A stretch of 64,000 nt of DNA from Macrostomum lignano (Eukaryota): positions 248,001-312,000 of the forward strand of contig NIVC01000016.1 of the NCBI GenBank assembly GCA_002269645.1, read 5' to 3'. A program made the translations under genes and the position numbers. The stretch's first letter is position 1. Each line of letters begins with the position of its first letter. This document shows positions 25,326-38,626 of the stretch, in pieces. The notes under the pieces are model-generated. The model saw only the letters and a program-made list of their open reading frames with translations. It was not told where the DNA came from and did not search any database.

Positions 25326-25716
25326 TGAGTATCATTTCACCTATCACCGGCCGTCACCCTATCGCTGCAGCTTTCAACGCGGATGTGGAGTAAAACTCAA
25401 ACATTGATCAAACTGTATCAAATTCTAATATGCAATGAAACAAGACGAAAATGCCGCACAACTCTGCTAAGAAAAAAGCGCAATTACATGCGAAATATAA
25501 TTTCTTTGGAAAATTGGAAGCCCCTTGCCCGGGCGGTAAATACAATTAACACACTCGCGCGATTCATGACAGATGCGCGTTCAGCTGTTTTAATAAATTT
25601 CCTAAAAATAATGCTGGAAAAGGATGAGTGACGGACTGATAGTTGGTCAGTTGCTGTTTGTTAACGCAGATGGACTGGCGGAGTGACTGTTGCGGAGGAT
25701 CAGGCCAGCCACGCTC

Positions 25717-25906
25717 TCAGCAGTTGCGTCCGGTCTTTACCCGGCAGCAGCAGGGCAGGGTCACCCGGTACACCTGGCTGGCGTCGTCGCCGCCGCCGCC
25801 GCCGCCGCTGCTGCCTCGAGCTGCTCCGCCATCGTCGCCCCACACTGGCCGGCACTTGTTGCGGCTGCGCGACGAGCTCCGATGCTGAACTGCCGACGGC
25901 GGCGGT

Positions 25907-25944
<38 letters not shown>

Positions 25945-26454
25945 TGGTGGAGGCGCCTGGAACTGCTGCTGTTGCTGTTGCAGAGGCGGCCCCCAGCTTC
26001 CGAGCTGCTGTTGCTGTTGCTGCTGCTGCTGCTGCTGCTGCGATTGATCCTCTGCAAACGATACGGAGTTACCGCCATTGCTGCAGCAGCAGCTGCCCAC
26101 CACCTGGATGACAAGGTGCACCTGCTGCGGCTGGTTGTTCGAATCCACGCAACAGCTGCTGCTGCTGGCAACGCTGCCACTGCCAACGCCACTAATGACG
26201 CAGCCGCCGCCTCCGCTGCTGCCGCAGGCACCCCCGCTGCTGCCGCAGGCGCCGCCGATGACGCAGGAGCCTCCGCTGCCGGCGCTGCATCGCCGAGGTG
26301 GGCAGCAGCCGGCGCCGCTGGTCCCGGAGTAGATGCACGCCTGGCCGGGCCCGGGGTACCGCCGCCCGATGTGGCGCGGCGGCGACCTGCACATTCGGCG
26401 CTGTGCGCTGTCGCTCCGCTGCGCCGCAATGTGGTTCCGACTCGATATTGGCAT
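25717..26454 (-). CDS. Hypothetical low-complexity protein (Gly/Ser/Cys-rich, polyQ and polyP tracts)
   Basis: Open frame from ATG at 26454 (MPISSRNH) to the stop at 25717. The GC-rich CAG/CCG style matches the confident exons in this window. No domain recognised, and overlapping frames are also open. Confidence 0.4.
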
Positions 26455-26829
26455 ATTGGCTGCTTCCTGGCTGGCGATTCGCACCGGACTGCGTTGGTTC
26501 AGTTCTTAAACGGCTCGAAACTAAAAGTCCACTCTGGGTGAGCGGAATCGCTATGCTGTAACAACTCAAATTGAAGCTTAGTATAGTGACGGGAAGCTCT
26601 TCCAGTCTTGGCCATAGACTATGAAAGTAGATCAGGCGCGCATATGGCATCGGTGCTCGTTTGCTCCCCTGACCGGCGAGAGGCAAACCACCATGTCCAT
26701 GCGACTGACTACAAGCCCACAGAGGGTTGTACATTGGCTGACTTTCACATCGCCAGGCACGTACGAGTAACTCTGTGCCTGTTGGAGGTTGGCCCTCGTG
26801 TGGCGAGAATCGCATGACGAAGCGCCAAC

Positions 26830-27545
26830 TGGGGCAGCTTAGTGGTGCCAACCGGGGAGCTTAACGTGGCGCCAACCGGAGCAGCTTAGTGGCGCCCAAC
26901 CAGGGAGCTTAACGTGGCGCCAACCGGGGCAACTTAGTGGCGCCCAACCAGGGAGCTTAATGTGGCGCCAACCGGGGCAGCTTAGTGGCGACCAACCGAG
27001 GAGCTTAACGTGGCGCCTAACCGGGGAGTTTAAAGTGGCGCCCAACCGCGGAGGTTAAAGTGAGGGCAGTGTAATGTGGCGCCAACCGGGGAGCTTAAAG
27101 TGGCGCCCAACCGAGGAGGTTAAGGTGAGGGCAGTGTAATGTGGCGCCAACCGGGGAGCTTAAAGTGGCGCCAACCGGGGACGGGGAGCTTAAAGTGGCG
27201 CCAACCTGGGTAGTTTAAAATGGCGCCAACCGGGGCAGCTTAAAGCGGCGCCAACCGGAGCAGATTAAAGTGGCGCCAACCGGGGAGCTTAAAGTGGTGC
27301 CAACCGGGGAGCTTAAAGTGGCGCCAACCGGGGCTGCTTAAAGTGGCGCCAACCGGAAGCTTAACGTGATTAAAGTGGCGCCAACCGGGGAGCTTAAAGT
27401 GGCGCCAACCGGGGAGCTTAAAGTGGCGCCAACCGGGGAGCTTAAAGTGGCGCTAACCGGGGAGTTTAAAGTGGCGCCAACCGGGGAGCTTAAAGTGGCG
27501 CCAACCTGGGTAGTTTAAAATGGCGCCAACCGGGGCAGCTTAAAG
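26830..27545 (+). repeat. ~24-bp minisatellite (GTGGCGCCAACCGGGGAGCTTAAA)
   Basis: Visible tandem array. Confidence 0.92.
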
Positions 27546-28184
27546 CGGTGGTGAAATTGGGGCGCTGACTCGGGGCACCAAGAGCCGGCAGGAACTGAGG
27601 CAGAGTATGAAGTGACATGCATGCAACAGAAATGCGTACACCTATCAGTTTCCTGGAGATGGCAAAGCTTAGTCTCTCTGCCGGAGCCCTGTTCCCACGC
27701 AGTCTGTCTGCCCATGAAACTGGCATACAGCACATGCACACTTTATCCAGGCCAGAGCCAGAGCCCAAGCCCGGACCCGAGAACTCAGGTGCACGCGAAC
27801 TAAAATATAGTCACAGAGACCCCCCCTAAATTCAACCCCCAAATGCTGCTTCAAGTTTGCCCCAGTCTCCACCTTCCATCCCTTCCCTTGTAGACAGACA
27901 AAGACGTGGGCCCCTAGCTGCAATAGGCCAGTCCAGGTGTCGGGGCGCACTTCAATTAAAGAATTAATTAATAGAATCAATATGGGTTCAGTTAATTATA
28001 GCGAATAAGAGCGTAGTTGCGGTTTTCGTCATGCACATTTATTTACAATGCGTCTGGAACAAATACTGAAGCAGTTGAAACGGTGATTTAGTGAGGATTT
28101 GCAAGGGGTCATAGCTTACAGACTCGTGGGGATTTGGGAAAAAACAGATTCTTTGGGATCCTAGTGGGATTCTTAAACCCTCTG

Positions 28185-28910
28185 GGAATGGGTATTTGGA
28201 ATCGCGATGGGATATTTAAACTCTTTGCGAATGGGGATTTGGGATCGTAATGGGATTCTTAAACTATTTAGGAATGAGGATTTGAGATCGAAATGGGATT
28301 CTTAAACTATTTAGGAATGGGGATTTGAGATCGAAATGGGATTCTTAAACTATTTAGGAATGGGGATTTGAGATCGAAATGGGATTCTTAAACTATTTAG
28401 GAATGGGGATTTGAGATCGAAATGGGATTCTTAAACTATTTAGGAATGGGGATTTGAGATCGAAATGGGATTCTTAAACTATTTAGGAATGGGGATTTGA
28501 GATCGTAATGGGATTCTTAAACTATTTAGGAATGAGGATTTGGGATCGTAATGGGATTCTTAAACTATTTAGGAATGAGGATTTGAGATCGTAATGGGAT
28601 TCTTAAACTATTTGGGAATGAGCATTTGAGATCGCAATGGGATTCTTAAACTATTTAGGAATGAGGATTCGAGATCGTAATGGGATTCTTAAACTATTTA
28701 GGAATGAGGATTTGAGATCGTAATGGGATTCTTAAACTATTTAGGAATGAGGATTTGAGATCGTAATGGGATTCTTAAACTATTTGGGAATGGGGATTTG
28801 AGATCGTAATGGGATTCTTAAACTATTTAGGAATGAGGATTTGAGATCGTAATGGGATTTTTAAACTATTTGGGAATGGGGATTTGGGATCGCGATGGGA
28901 TTTCTTAAAC
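28185..28910 (+). repeat. 43-bp minisatellite (GGGATTCTTAAACTATTTAGGAATGAGGATTTGAGATCGTAAT)
   Basis: Tandem array immediately 3' of the NHR gene stop. Confidence 0.95.
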
Positions 28911-28978
28911 TCATTGGCTCTACTTATAAACTCGATAAGAACAGTTCATCGGGAATATAGTCGCATTCGAATAGAGCA

Positions 28979-30106
28979 TCAGGGATCAAAGTCGAACATT
29001 CCTAAGCAGCGGACGGCCATGTCGGCGGGCAGCGCCAGGAATGGTCGCAGCGGCTGGCCGCTCAACATGGCTGAGGCTGGAAGGTGCAGCACATCGGTGG
29101 CGTCGGGGTCCGCGCCAGGCTGGGAGTGGCTCAGCCAGACCTCCTGCTGCGAGCCGTCGCCGCCGCCCGAGCAGCGGAGGCTGAGCGCCAGCTCATCACC
29201 GGCCAGCAGCCGAGGCCAGGCTTTAGTGGGCTGGCTGTGCCAGTTCTCGCTGGCCGGCCGAGCCGACAGAGCCGCCGGGTCCTCGGGCAGCGGCTGCCAG
29301 TCATCGTAGAGGCCGTAGCCGTTCGGTGACCAGGCGGTGACGCCGAATGTGAGCTGCTGGCGCCGCTGCTGCTGGTGCAGCTTGCTCGGCCGGGTGACTT
29401 GAAGCAGCAGCTGCTGGTTGGTCTGCAACCGCTCGGCGCTCAGGGCATAGCAGGTTGAGCGGTCGCCTGACTCGGCCTCCACAGAGTCAACCAAGTAGCG
29501 CTGCTCGCCGGAGCGCACCGATAGCAGGTAGGTATCATCCTTCGTCAGGCGGAGCAGCTGCTCGCCAACAACGCCGTCTCGCCTGCTGCGCCTTCTAGAC
29601 GTATTGGCGAAATCTATATAAGCCGGCTGGCCGAGAAGCTCGACCACGGGCCAGAAGCCTTTGCCACCGCGGCAGCTGAGACTGGCCGAGGCTGGCAGCA
29701 GCAGGGTCTCCTGGCAGTCGCCGTAGTGGCAGCACAACAGCAGTTGAGATGCGCCATCCGGCCATTGCAGACTGAACTGCACCTTCCTAAGTCGCCTGCC
29801 GGCCCGACAAGCTACAGGCAGCAGCCAGGTGTCTCTGGGCCCCAGCTTGGCAGCTCGAGGCGCGTCTGGCGATCGACTGGTGACGCCAACCCGGATTGAA
29901 CCGCGCCAGGCTGGCGGGGCGCGCAGTCGAAACCGCAGTGGCTTGTCACCTGGGCAAATATTTGTCTCACCGTAGCAACGGCCGCCGTCAAATCCGTGTT
30001 GTACCCGGTAAACCCGAGTGCCGCGTTCGTTAATTCGGAGGTTGCTGTCCGCTAAGCAACGAAATTTAATGTCGCTTTGATGAGCACGAGACGTGCATGG
30101 ACCCAT
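28979..30106 (-). CDS. Neuralized-like protein with two NHR (NEUZ) domains, no RING finger, single exon
   Basis: 375-aa ORF. The segment IKFRCLADSNLRINERGTRVYRV..GFDGGRCY...LRFRL...WRGSIRVGVTSRSP...FWPVVELLG resembles the NHR fold signature. A second, more diverged copy has LLRLTKDD...LQTNQQLLLQV...LTFGVTAWSP...LRPFLAL. Confidence 0.7.
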   Translation of the reverse strand: MGPCTSRAHQSDIKFRCLADSNLRINERGTRVYRVQHGFDGGRCYGETNICPGDKPLRFRLRAPPAWRGSIRVGVTSRSPDAPRAAKLGPRDTWLLPVACRAGRRLRKVQFSLQWPDGASQLLLCCHYGDCQETLLLPASASLSCRGGKGFWPVVELLGQPAYIDFANTSRRRSRRDGVVGEQLLRLTKDDTYLLSVRSGEQRYLVDSVEAESGDRSTCYALSAERLQTNQQLLLQVTRPSKLHQQQRRQQLTFGVTAWSPNGYGLYDDWQPLPEDPAALSARPASENWHSQPTKAWPRLLAGDELALSLRCSGGGDGSQQEVWLSHSQPGADPDATDVLHLPASAMLSGQPLRPFLALPADMAVRCLGMFDFDP

Positions 30107-31514
30107 TTAACCTCTTACCGAAGTTTGAACTTTTTCTAATTATATTATCGATTACACCATAGTGTGTGTGTGTGCGTCTCTAGGGTCTGGTCAAGAAGAC
30201 TTTAGTCTAAACCACTACTGGGTGTGAAGCCGATGCAAATTTGGGCTCAATTTAAAAGCCTTTACCGTGGCTGAAAAGTCACGAGGGTCGGAGCGGAAGG
30301 GTCTTCCTGGCTGGTTCAATGAATGAAAAAGGAATAGCTGGGGTAAGATTGGCTTGTCCTTTGCAGTTTTCTCTCTCCCCTCTCCGTCCCTCACTTTATT
30401 TTATTGCGGCCTTTCCTCTCCCGCCTCCGCAAAATCTAGACTGTACACTGAGGGCCATCGGAGCTGTGGAGGAGGCTTGAACCGGAGTGGGTGGTTATAA
30501 AATTAGACCCACCCTTGATGAGTCATTAACTTTGGGGGGACCGGCTCTCCAACTGTGCGTACAAAGAGTCCGCGACCAGCACAACCCCCCCCCCCTTTCG
30601 CGAGAACTGGCCTGAATTCCCAAACCTTTCTAGCTAGTGAAAAGAACGGTCCTTTTTGTACTTTATTATTCCTTCACTTAATTGTCCTTCCTTTATCATT
30701 TGCCCCGAGCGGGCCAAGCTCCCATTCTTAACTGGGCGAGCGAAAGCGAAGCAAGTTGAAATGAAACGGGAAAGAACAAACTGTGCCTCCTCCAAAAAAG
30801 CTCTTTTCTCTCACCAAGGCCAAACACACTAAATGTCCTTCTACTTTTTTTATTTCCACGCTTTCCCCTAAATTTTGCATTTATCCATTGTCATGGCAGC
30901 TCGTATGCTCAAGCTTAACGAGAAGAATTTATTGCTCCCGTCTTTTTTGTGTTAGGTATTTATTCAGGTATTCGCGGATTTTGGTTCTGGTTCTGGTTTT
31001 GGCCTGGCCTGTGGGCCTAACATTTTGTTCCCATGCACATTAAGCCTTGTTACTAGGCTAATTGCCACTTGCCATTTGTCCAGCCAGCCCACCTTTAAGA
31101 CCAAAGCAAATGTTTGCCATATTTGGCTTGTTGCTCGCCCGATTGTCCCCTACTCCCCGCTTTTTCCATCAATCTCTTTTCCTTTGTTCTCCACTATGCT
31201 ATTCAGAGTTCAGACTACGCTTGTACAGTGCAACAACCCGCTTTCATGAACACAAGGTAAAATCAGGGACGCCCTGGAATTTTAGTCTGGACTGTGGAAG
31301 CAGAACCCTACAAATTATCACCAGAACAGACCAGGTTTTGTCAATTTTTTTGCAGATTCAAGCTTGGGCTTGGGAAGGGATTCGGTGACTAAGGGGACAG
31401 AAGAAGTTTGCACCTTGTGTTTGTGTCACGTTACGTATAAATTCTCCAATAAGTGGAGTGCGCTTCTGTTGCTAGCTTTTTATCGTCTCGTTTCCCATAC
31501 AAACAGTTTGTCCA

Positions 31515-33170
31515 AGCTCACTGCTAATTCACAATCCCCAAGCTTCACACCCACTGCTAATTCACAATCCTCAAGCTTCACACCCACTGCTAATTCACAA
31601 TCCCCAAGCTTCACACCCACTGCTAATTCACAATCCTCAAGCTTCACACCCACTGCTAATTCACAATCCCCAAGCTTCACACCCACTGCTAATTCACAAT
31701 CCCCAAGCTTCACACCCACTGCTAATTCACAATCCCCAAACTTCACACTCACTGCTAATTCACAATCCCCAAGCTTTACGCTCACTGCTAATTCACAATC
31801 CCCAAGCTTCACACCCACTGCTAATTCACAATCCCCAAACTTCACACTCACTGCTAATTCACAATCCCCAAGCTTTACGCTCACTGCTAATTCACAATCC
31901 CCAAGCTTCACACCCACTGCTAATTCACAATCCCCAAACTTCACACTCACTGCTAATTCACAATCCCCAAGCTTTACGCTCACTGTTAATTCACAATCCC
32001 CAAGCTTCACACCCACTGCTAATTCACAATCCTCAAGCTTCACACCCACTGCTAATTCACAATCCCCAAGCTTCACACCCACTGCTAATTCACAATCCCC
32101 AAGCTTCACACCCACTGCTAATTCACAATCCTCAAGCTTCACACCCACTGCTAATTCACAATCCCCAAGCTTCACACTCACTGCTAATTCACAATCCCCA
32201 AGCTTCACACTCACTGCTAATTCACAATCCCCAAGCTTGACACTCACTGCTAATTCACAATCCCCAAGCTTCACACTCACTGCTAATTCACAATCCCCAA
32301 GCTTCACACTCACTGCTAATTCACAATCCCCAAGCTTCACACTCACTGCTAATTCACAATCCCCAAGCTTCACACTCACTGCTAATTCACAATCCCCAAG
32401 CTTGACACTCACTGCTAATTCACAATCCCCAAGCTTCACACTCACTGCTAATTCACAATCCCCAAGCTTCACACTCACTGCTAATTCACAATCCCCAAGC
32501 TTCACACTCACTGCTAATTCACAATCCCCAAGCTTCACACTCACTGCTAATTCACAATTCCCAAGTTTCACCAATTCCCAAGCTTCGCAATCCCCAAGCT
32601 TCACAATTTCCAAGCTTCACACTCACTGCTAATTCACAATTCCCAAGTTTCACCAATTCCCAAGCTTCGCAATCCCCAAGCTTCACAATTTCCAAGCTTC
32701 ACAATTCCCAAGTTTCACCAATTCCCAAGTTTCACCAATTCCCAAGTTTCACCAATTCCCAAGCTTCGCAATCCCCAAGCTTCACAATTCCCAAGTTTCA
32801 CCAATTCCCAAGCTTCGCAATTCCCAAGATTCACAATTCCCAAGTTTCACGAATTCCCAAGCTTCGCAATCCCCAAGATTCACAATTCCCAAGTTTCACC
32901 AATTCCCAAGCTTCGCAATTCCCAAGCTTCGCAATCCCCAAGATTCACAATTCCCAAGCTTCACAATCCCCAAGTTTCACCAATTCCCAAGCTTCGCAAT
33001 CCCCAAGTTTCACCAATTCCCAAGCTTCGCAATCCCCAAGCTTCGCAATCCCCAAGCTTCACAATCCCCAAGCTTCACAATCCCCAAGCTTCACAATCCC
33101 CAAGCTTCACAATGCCCAAGCTTCACAATCCCCAAGCTTCACAATGCCCAAGCTTCGCAATCTCCAAGCT
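31515..33170 (+). repeat. 33-bp minisatellite (CACTGCTAATTCACAATCCCCAAGCTTCACACC) changing into 16/17-bp subunits
   Basis: 33-bp period to about 32570, then CAATCCCCAAGCTTC(A/G) and CAATTCCCAAGTTTCAC units. Confidence 0.95.
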
Positions 33171-33834
33171 AATTCTACTGACATCCAATTGTTCTGTTTA
33201 GTTGCCATTTTCATTTAAAATGTCAATTGGGGTCTGAAAGTCAAGAATTAGATAGGGAAAATACTGCAGACATGGCAGGGGTTCATGTGCGTTCCCACGA
33301 TAAGGAGGATTTTCGATGAGGTGGCGGTGGGTGGAGCTAGAATATGAGTATAATAGGACTGACCCTATCTGGCGAGTGTGGGTGGAGTGTGGGTGGTCCG
33401 CCCACACTTCTCAAGTCCAAACCTTGTAGTGTAAGAGATGACTAACTGCGGCAGCCCAGATCTAGGACACCCCAAAACCTCTGAGAAACTACCAATACAT
33501 ACTTCGACTACGGGTTTCATATTTTCAGAACGAAACCAAAGTTAGTCAACTACTCGTAGTTGCCTAAAATGAACCCGGAAACAGCCAGCCAATTTACTTT
33601 TCGGAACACCAGCGATTATTCGCACAACTCAAAGTCGCAATCTTCATTTTTTCAGAAGCGTGAATTTCGATCGCACAGATTCCCACGGTAATGCCCTTTA
33701 ACTGCATGGCTTCGGTACTTGAGGCTTGTAAACCAATGTTTGGTGTACAGTAGCGCAGCTGGCGTACGCAGAGGGGGCCAGGGCCCAGGAGCTCAACTTT
33801 GCCGCCTCTTGGACGTAGCATTCACCGCCCTAAG

Positions 33835-33980
33835 AGACAGAGACAGGGGCGCCAACCAAGAGACAGCGGCGCCAATCAAGAGACAGGGGCGCCAATCAAG
33901 AGACAGAGGCGCCAACCAAGAGACAAGGGCGCCAATCAAGAGACAGGGGCGCCAACCAAGAGACAGGGGCGCCAACCAAA
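33835..33980 (+). repeat. 20-bp minisatellite (GGGGCGCCAATCAAGAGACA)
   Basis: About 7 tandem copies. Confidence 0.85.
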
Positions 33981-34203
33981 AATTTGATGCTTTTGAACTG
34001 TTTTTAAAATTTAAACCCTGAGAATGAATGCAAAGAATATAATGGTTGGCACTAAGCAGTTGGATTTTTAAATGTTATTCTACCATGCATTTATTTCTAC
34101 TGTTAGTAGAGAGGAAGGCTTCAATGCATAAAATATTTTAGCGTTCGACTTTGAAAGATTCAAACGAAACAGTTAGAGAAGGCTAACAGTTCCACATTTT
34201 GTG

Positions 34204-34480
<277 letters not shown>

Positions 34481-35357
34481 CTGTCCCATCAGGAGTAACG
34501 GCAGTCGTAGCATTAAAGCATATTTACAATATTACGTACTTGTATCAAAGGTATGCACCAGGTTGAGGCTCCCATTGCCTGCATTTACCCAGAGTCAATA
34601 AAATAGATGAACTATTCAGACTGGCATCCAAGCAATCGTGTTCATCTTGGTCTCTCCCAGCCCACCCACATCCAGCTGCATTGACAACAACAACTATACA
34701 ACTCCGAGCCTCACCGACCCTTCGAACAGCAAATTCCTAGAAAGCAAATTCTCCGGGAAAGGGGGCGACAGGCAGACAGATTTATCATACGGTGCCCATC
34801 GGGCCTGTCATGGCCATTGCCGGACAAGCGGCCGGGGACGGCAGCAGTACATTCTGTTCTAGAAGCAGTAAGACAGGGCTCGACCTGGCTTCTTCAAAGG
34901 TAGTCAGAACCGAAATTCAGTTTGCAACGATGGCTGCGCTGCACTTTACTGCCATGCCCATCTTTTCCGGTTGGCCTGTCATTTCTCACTGTTTGCTCAT
35001 CTCCCTGCCGTCTCCTCCCGCTCTCGTCCCCGCCTCTGTGCAAGTGACCGCTGGGTCTCGAATATGCGCTGGCTTGAGTGGGAAAATAAATTTTCCATAT
35101 TGCGGACAGCATCCCCCAGTTGGACAAGGACTCCCCGAGGAGTGGAGCAGACAGACAGGCACCTCATCTAGGCATCGCGATCTGTAGGGCAAGCCCCTCA
35201 AAGGTTTGAGAACAAGCCTCTCTACTCCAACTACATGCTTGGGCACATGTAGTTGCGTTTCGGCTTCATGACTGAAGCGATAGGAAAATTCATTACGCTT
35301 TAGCTGCCTGCCTGCAAGTCTGCAACCCGTTCCCTGACTGACCTTTCAGATAGTTGT

Positions 35358-38300
35358 CCTACCACTGTCCTCTCACCCGGTCCTGAATGCTACCACTGTC
35401 CTCTCACCCGGTCCTGAATGCTACCTCTGTCCTCTCACCCGGTCCTGAATGCTACCTCTATCCTCTCTACCGGTACTGAATGCTACCACTGTCCTCTCAC
35501 CCGGTCCTGAATGCTACCGCTATCCACTCTCCCGGTCCTGAATGCTACCTCTGTCCTCTCACCCGGTCCTGAATGCTACCGCTATCCACTCACCCGGTCC
35601 TGAATGCTACCTCTGTCCTCTCACCCGGTCCTGAATGCTACCACTGTCCTCTCACCCGGTCCTGAATGCTACCGCTATCCACTCACCCGGTCCTGAATGC
35701 TACAGCTATCTACTCACCCGGTCCTGAATGCTACCTCTGTCCTCTCACCCGGTCCTGAACGCTACCACTGTCCTCTCACCCGGTCCTGAATGCTACCACT
35801 GTCCTCTCACCCGGTCCTGAATGCTACCTCTGTCCTCTCACCCGGTCCTGAATGCTACCACTGTCCTCTCACCCGGTCCTGAATGCTACCTCTGTCCTCT
35901 CACCCGGTCCTGAATGCTACCTCTATCCTCTCACCCGGTCCTGAATGCTACCACTGTCCTCTCACCCGGTCCTGAATGCTACCTCTGTCCTCTCACCCGG
36001 TCCTGAATGCTACCTCTGTCCTCTCACCCGGTCCTGAATGCTACCGCTGTCCTCTCACCCGGTCCTGAATGCTACCACTGTCCTCTCACCCGGTCCTGAA
36101 TGCTACCTCTGTCCTCTCACCCGGTCCTGAATGCTACCTCTGTCCTCTCACCCGGTCCTGAATGCTACCTCTGTCCTCTCACCCGGTACTGAATGCTACC
36201 GCTGTCCTCTCACCCGGTCCTGAATGCTACCTCTGTCCTCTCACCCCGTCCTGAATGCTACCTCTGTCCTCTCACCCGGTCCTGAATGCTACCTCTGTCC
36301 TCTCACCCGGTCCTGAATGCTACCTCTGTCCTCTCACCCGGTCCTGAATGCTACCGCTGTCCTCTCACCCGGTCCTGAATGCTACCTCTGTCCTCTCACC
36401 CGGTCCTGAATGCTACCTCTGTCCTCTCACCCGGTCCTGAATGCTACCGCTGTCCTCTCACCCGGTCCTGAATGCTACCACTGTCCTCTCACCCGGTCCT
36501 GAATGCTACCACTGTCCTCTCACCCGGTCCTGAATGCTACCTCTGTCCTCTCACCCGGTCCTGAATGCTACCTCTGTCCTCTCACCCGGTCCTGAATGCT
36601 ACCTCTGTCCTCTCACCCGGTCCTGAATGCTACCTCTGTCCTCTCACCCGGTCCTGAATGCTACCGCTATCCACTCACCCGGTCCTGAATGCTACAGCTA
36701 TCTACTCACCCGGTCCTGAATGCTACCTCTGTCCTCTCACCCGGTCCTGAATGCTACCACTGTCCTCTCACCCGGTCCTGAATGCTACCACTGTCCTCTC
36801 ACCCGGTCCTGAATGCTACCACTGTCCTCTCACCCGGTCCTGAATGCTACCACTGTCCTCTCACCCGGTCCTGAATGCTACCTCTGTCCTCTCACCCGGT
36901 CCTGAATGCTACCTCTGTCCTCTCACCCGGTCCTGAATGCTACCTCTGTCCTCTCACCCGGTCCTGAATGCTACCGCTATCCACTCACCCGGTCCTGAAT
37001 GCTACAGCTATCTACTCACCCGGTCCTGAATGCTACCTTTGTCCTCTCACCCGGTCCTGAATGCTACCACTGTCCTCTCACCCGGTCCTGAATGCTACCA
37101 CTGTCCTCTCACCCGGTCCTGAATGCTACCTCTGTCCTCTCACCCGGTACTGAATGCTACCTCTGTCCTCTCACCCGGTACTGAATGCTACCTCTGTCCT
37201 CTCACCCGGTCCTGAATGCTACCTCTGTCCTCTCACTCGGTCCTGAATGCTACCTCTGTCCTCTCACCCGGTCCTGAATGCTACCACTGTCCTCTCACCC
37301 GGTCCTGAATGCTACCTCTGTCCTCTCACCCGGTCCTGAATGCTACCTCTGTCCTCTCACCCGGTCCTGAATGCTACCTCTGTCCTCTCACCCGGTCCTG
37401 AATGCTACCTCTGTCCTCTCACCCGGTCCTGAATGCTACCACTGTCCTCTCACCCGGTCCTGAATGCTACCACTGTCCTCTCACCCGGTCCTGAATGCTA
37501 CCGCTATCCACTCACCCGGTCCTGAATGCTACCGCTATCCTCTCACCCGGTCCTGAATGCTACAGCTATCCTCTCACCCGGTCCTGAATGCTACAGCTAT
37601 CTACTCACCCGGTCCTGAATGCTACCTCTGTCCTCTCACCCGGTCCTGAATGCTACCACTGTCCTCTCACCCGGTACTGAATGCTACCGCTGTCCTCTCA
37701 CCCAGTCCTGAATGCTACCTCTGTCCTCTCACCCGGTCCTGAATGCTACCACTGTCCTCTCACCCGGTCCTGAATGCTACCTCTGTCCTCTCACCCGGTC
37801 CTGAATGCTACAGCTATCTACTCACCCGGTCCTGAATGCTACCTCTGTCCTCTCACCCGGTCCTGAATGCTACCTCTGTCCTCTCACCCGTTCCTGAATG
37901 CTACCACTGTCCTCTCACCCGGTCCTGAATGCTACCACTGTCCTCTCATCCGGTCCTGAATGCTACCACTGTCCTCTCACCCGGTCCTGAATGCTACCTC
38001 TGTCCACTCACCCGGTCCTGAATGCTACATCTGTCCTCTCACCCGGTCCTAAATGCTACCTCTGTCCTCTCACCCCGTCCTGATTGCTACCTCTGTCCTC
38101 TCACCCGGTCCTGAATGCTACCTCTGTCCTCTCACCCGGTCCTGAATGCTACCGCTATCCTCTCACCCGGTCCTGAATGCTACAGCTATCCACTCACCCG
38201 GTACTGAATGCTACCACTGTCCTCTCACCCGGTCCTGAATGCTACCGCTATCCACTCACCCGGTCCTGAATGCTACCTCTGTCCTCTCACCCGGTCCTGA

Positions 38301-38626
38301 ATGCTACCTCTGTCCTCTCACCCGGTCCTGAATGCTACCTCTGTCCTCTCACCCGGTCCTGAATGCTACCGCTGTCCTCTCACCCGGTCCTGAATGCTAC
38401 AGCTATCTACTCACCCGGTCCTGAATGCTACCTCTATCCTCTCACCCGGTCCTGAATGCTACCTCTATCCTCTCACCCGGTCCTGAATGCTACCTCTGTC
38501 CTCTCACCCGGTCCTGAATGCTACCACTGTCCTCTCACCCGGTCCTGAATGCTACCTCTGTCCTCTCACCCGGTCCTGAATGCTACCTCTGTCCTCTCAC
38601 CCGGTCCTGAATGCTACCTCTATCCT
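35358..38626 (+). repeat. 3.3-kb 31-bp satellite (CTGTCCTCTCACCCGGTCCTGAATGCTACCT)
   Basis: Period 31 (CTCTG at 36541 and 36572); about 105 copies with recurring variants. Confidence 0.97.

Noticed and set aside
19985-25407. Long low-complexity ORFs (MNSL, EFMS, LSSLF, EEERE, ITPA repeats)
   Set aside because: They coincide exactly with 12-bp and GA satellites that lack stops in some frames.
31364-32632. 422-aa Ser/Thr repeat (mucin-like) ORF and its antisense 377-aa ORF
   Set aside because: A 33-bp satellite that is open on both strands, with no splice or start support.
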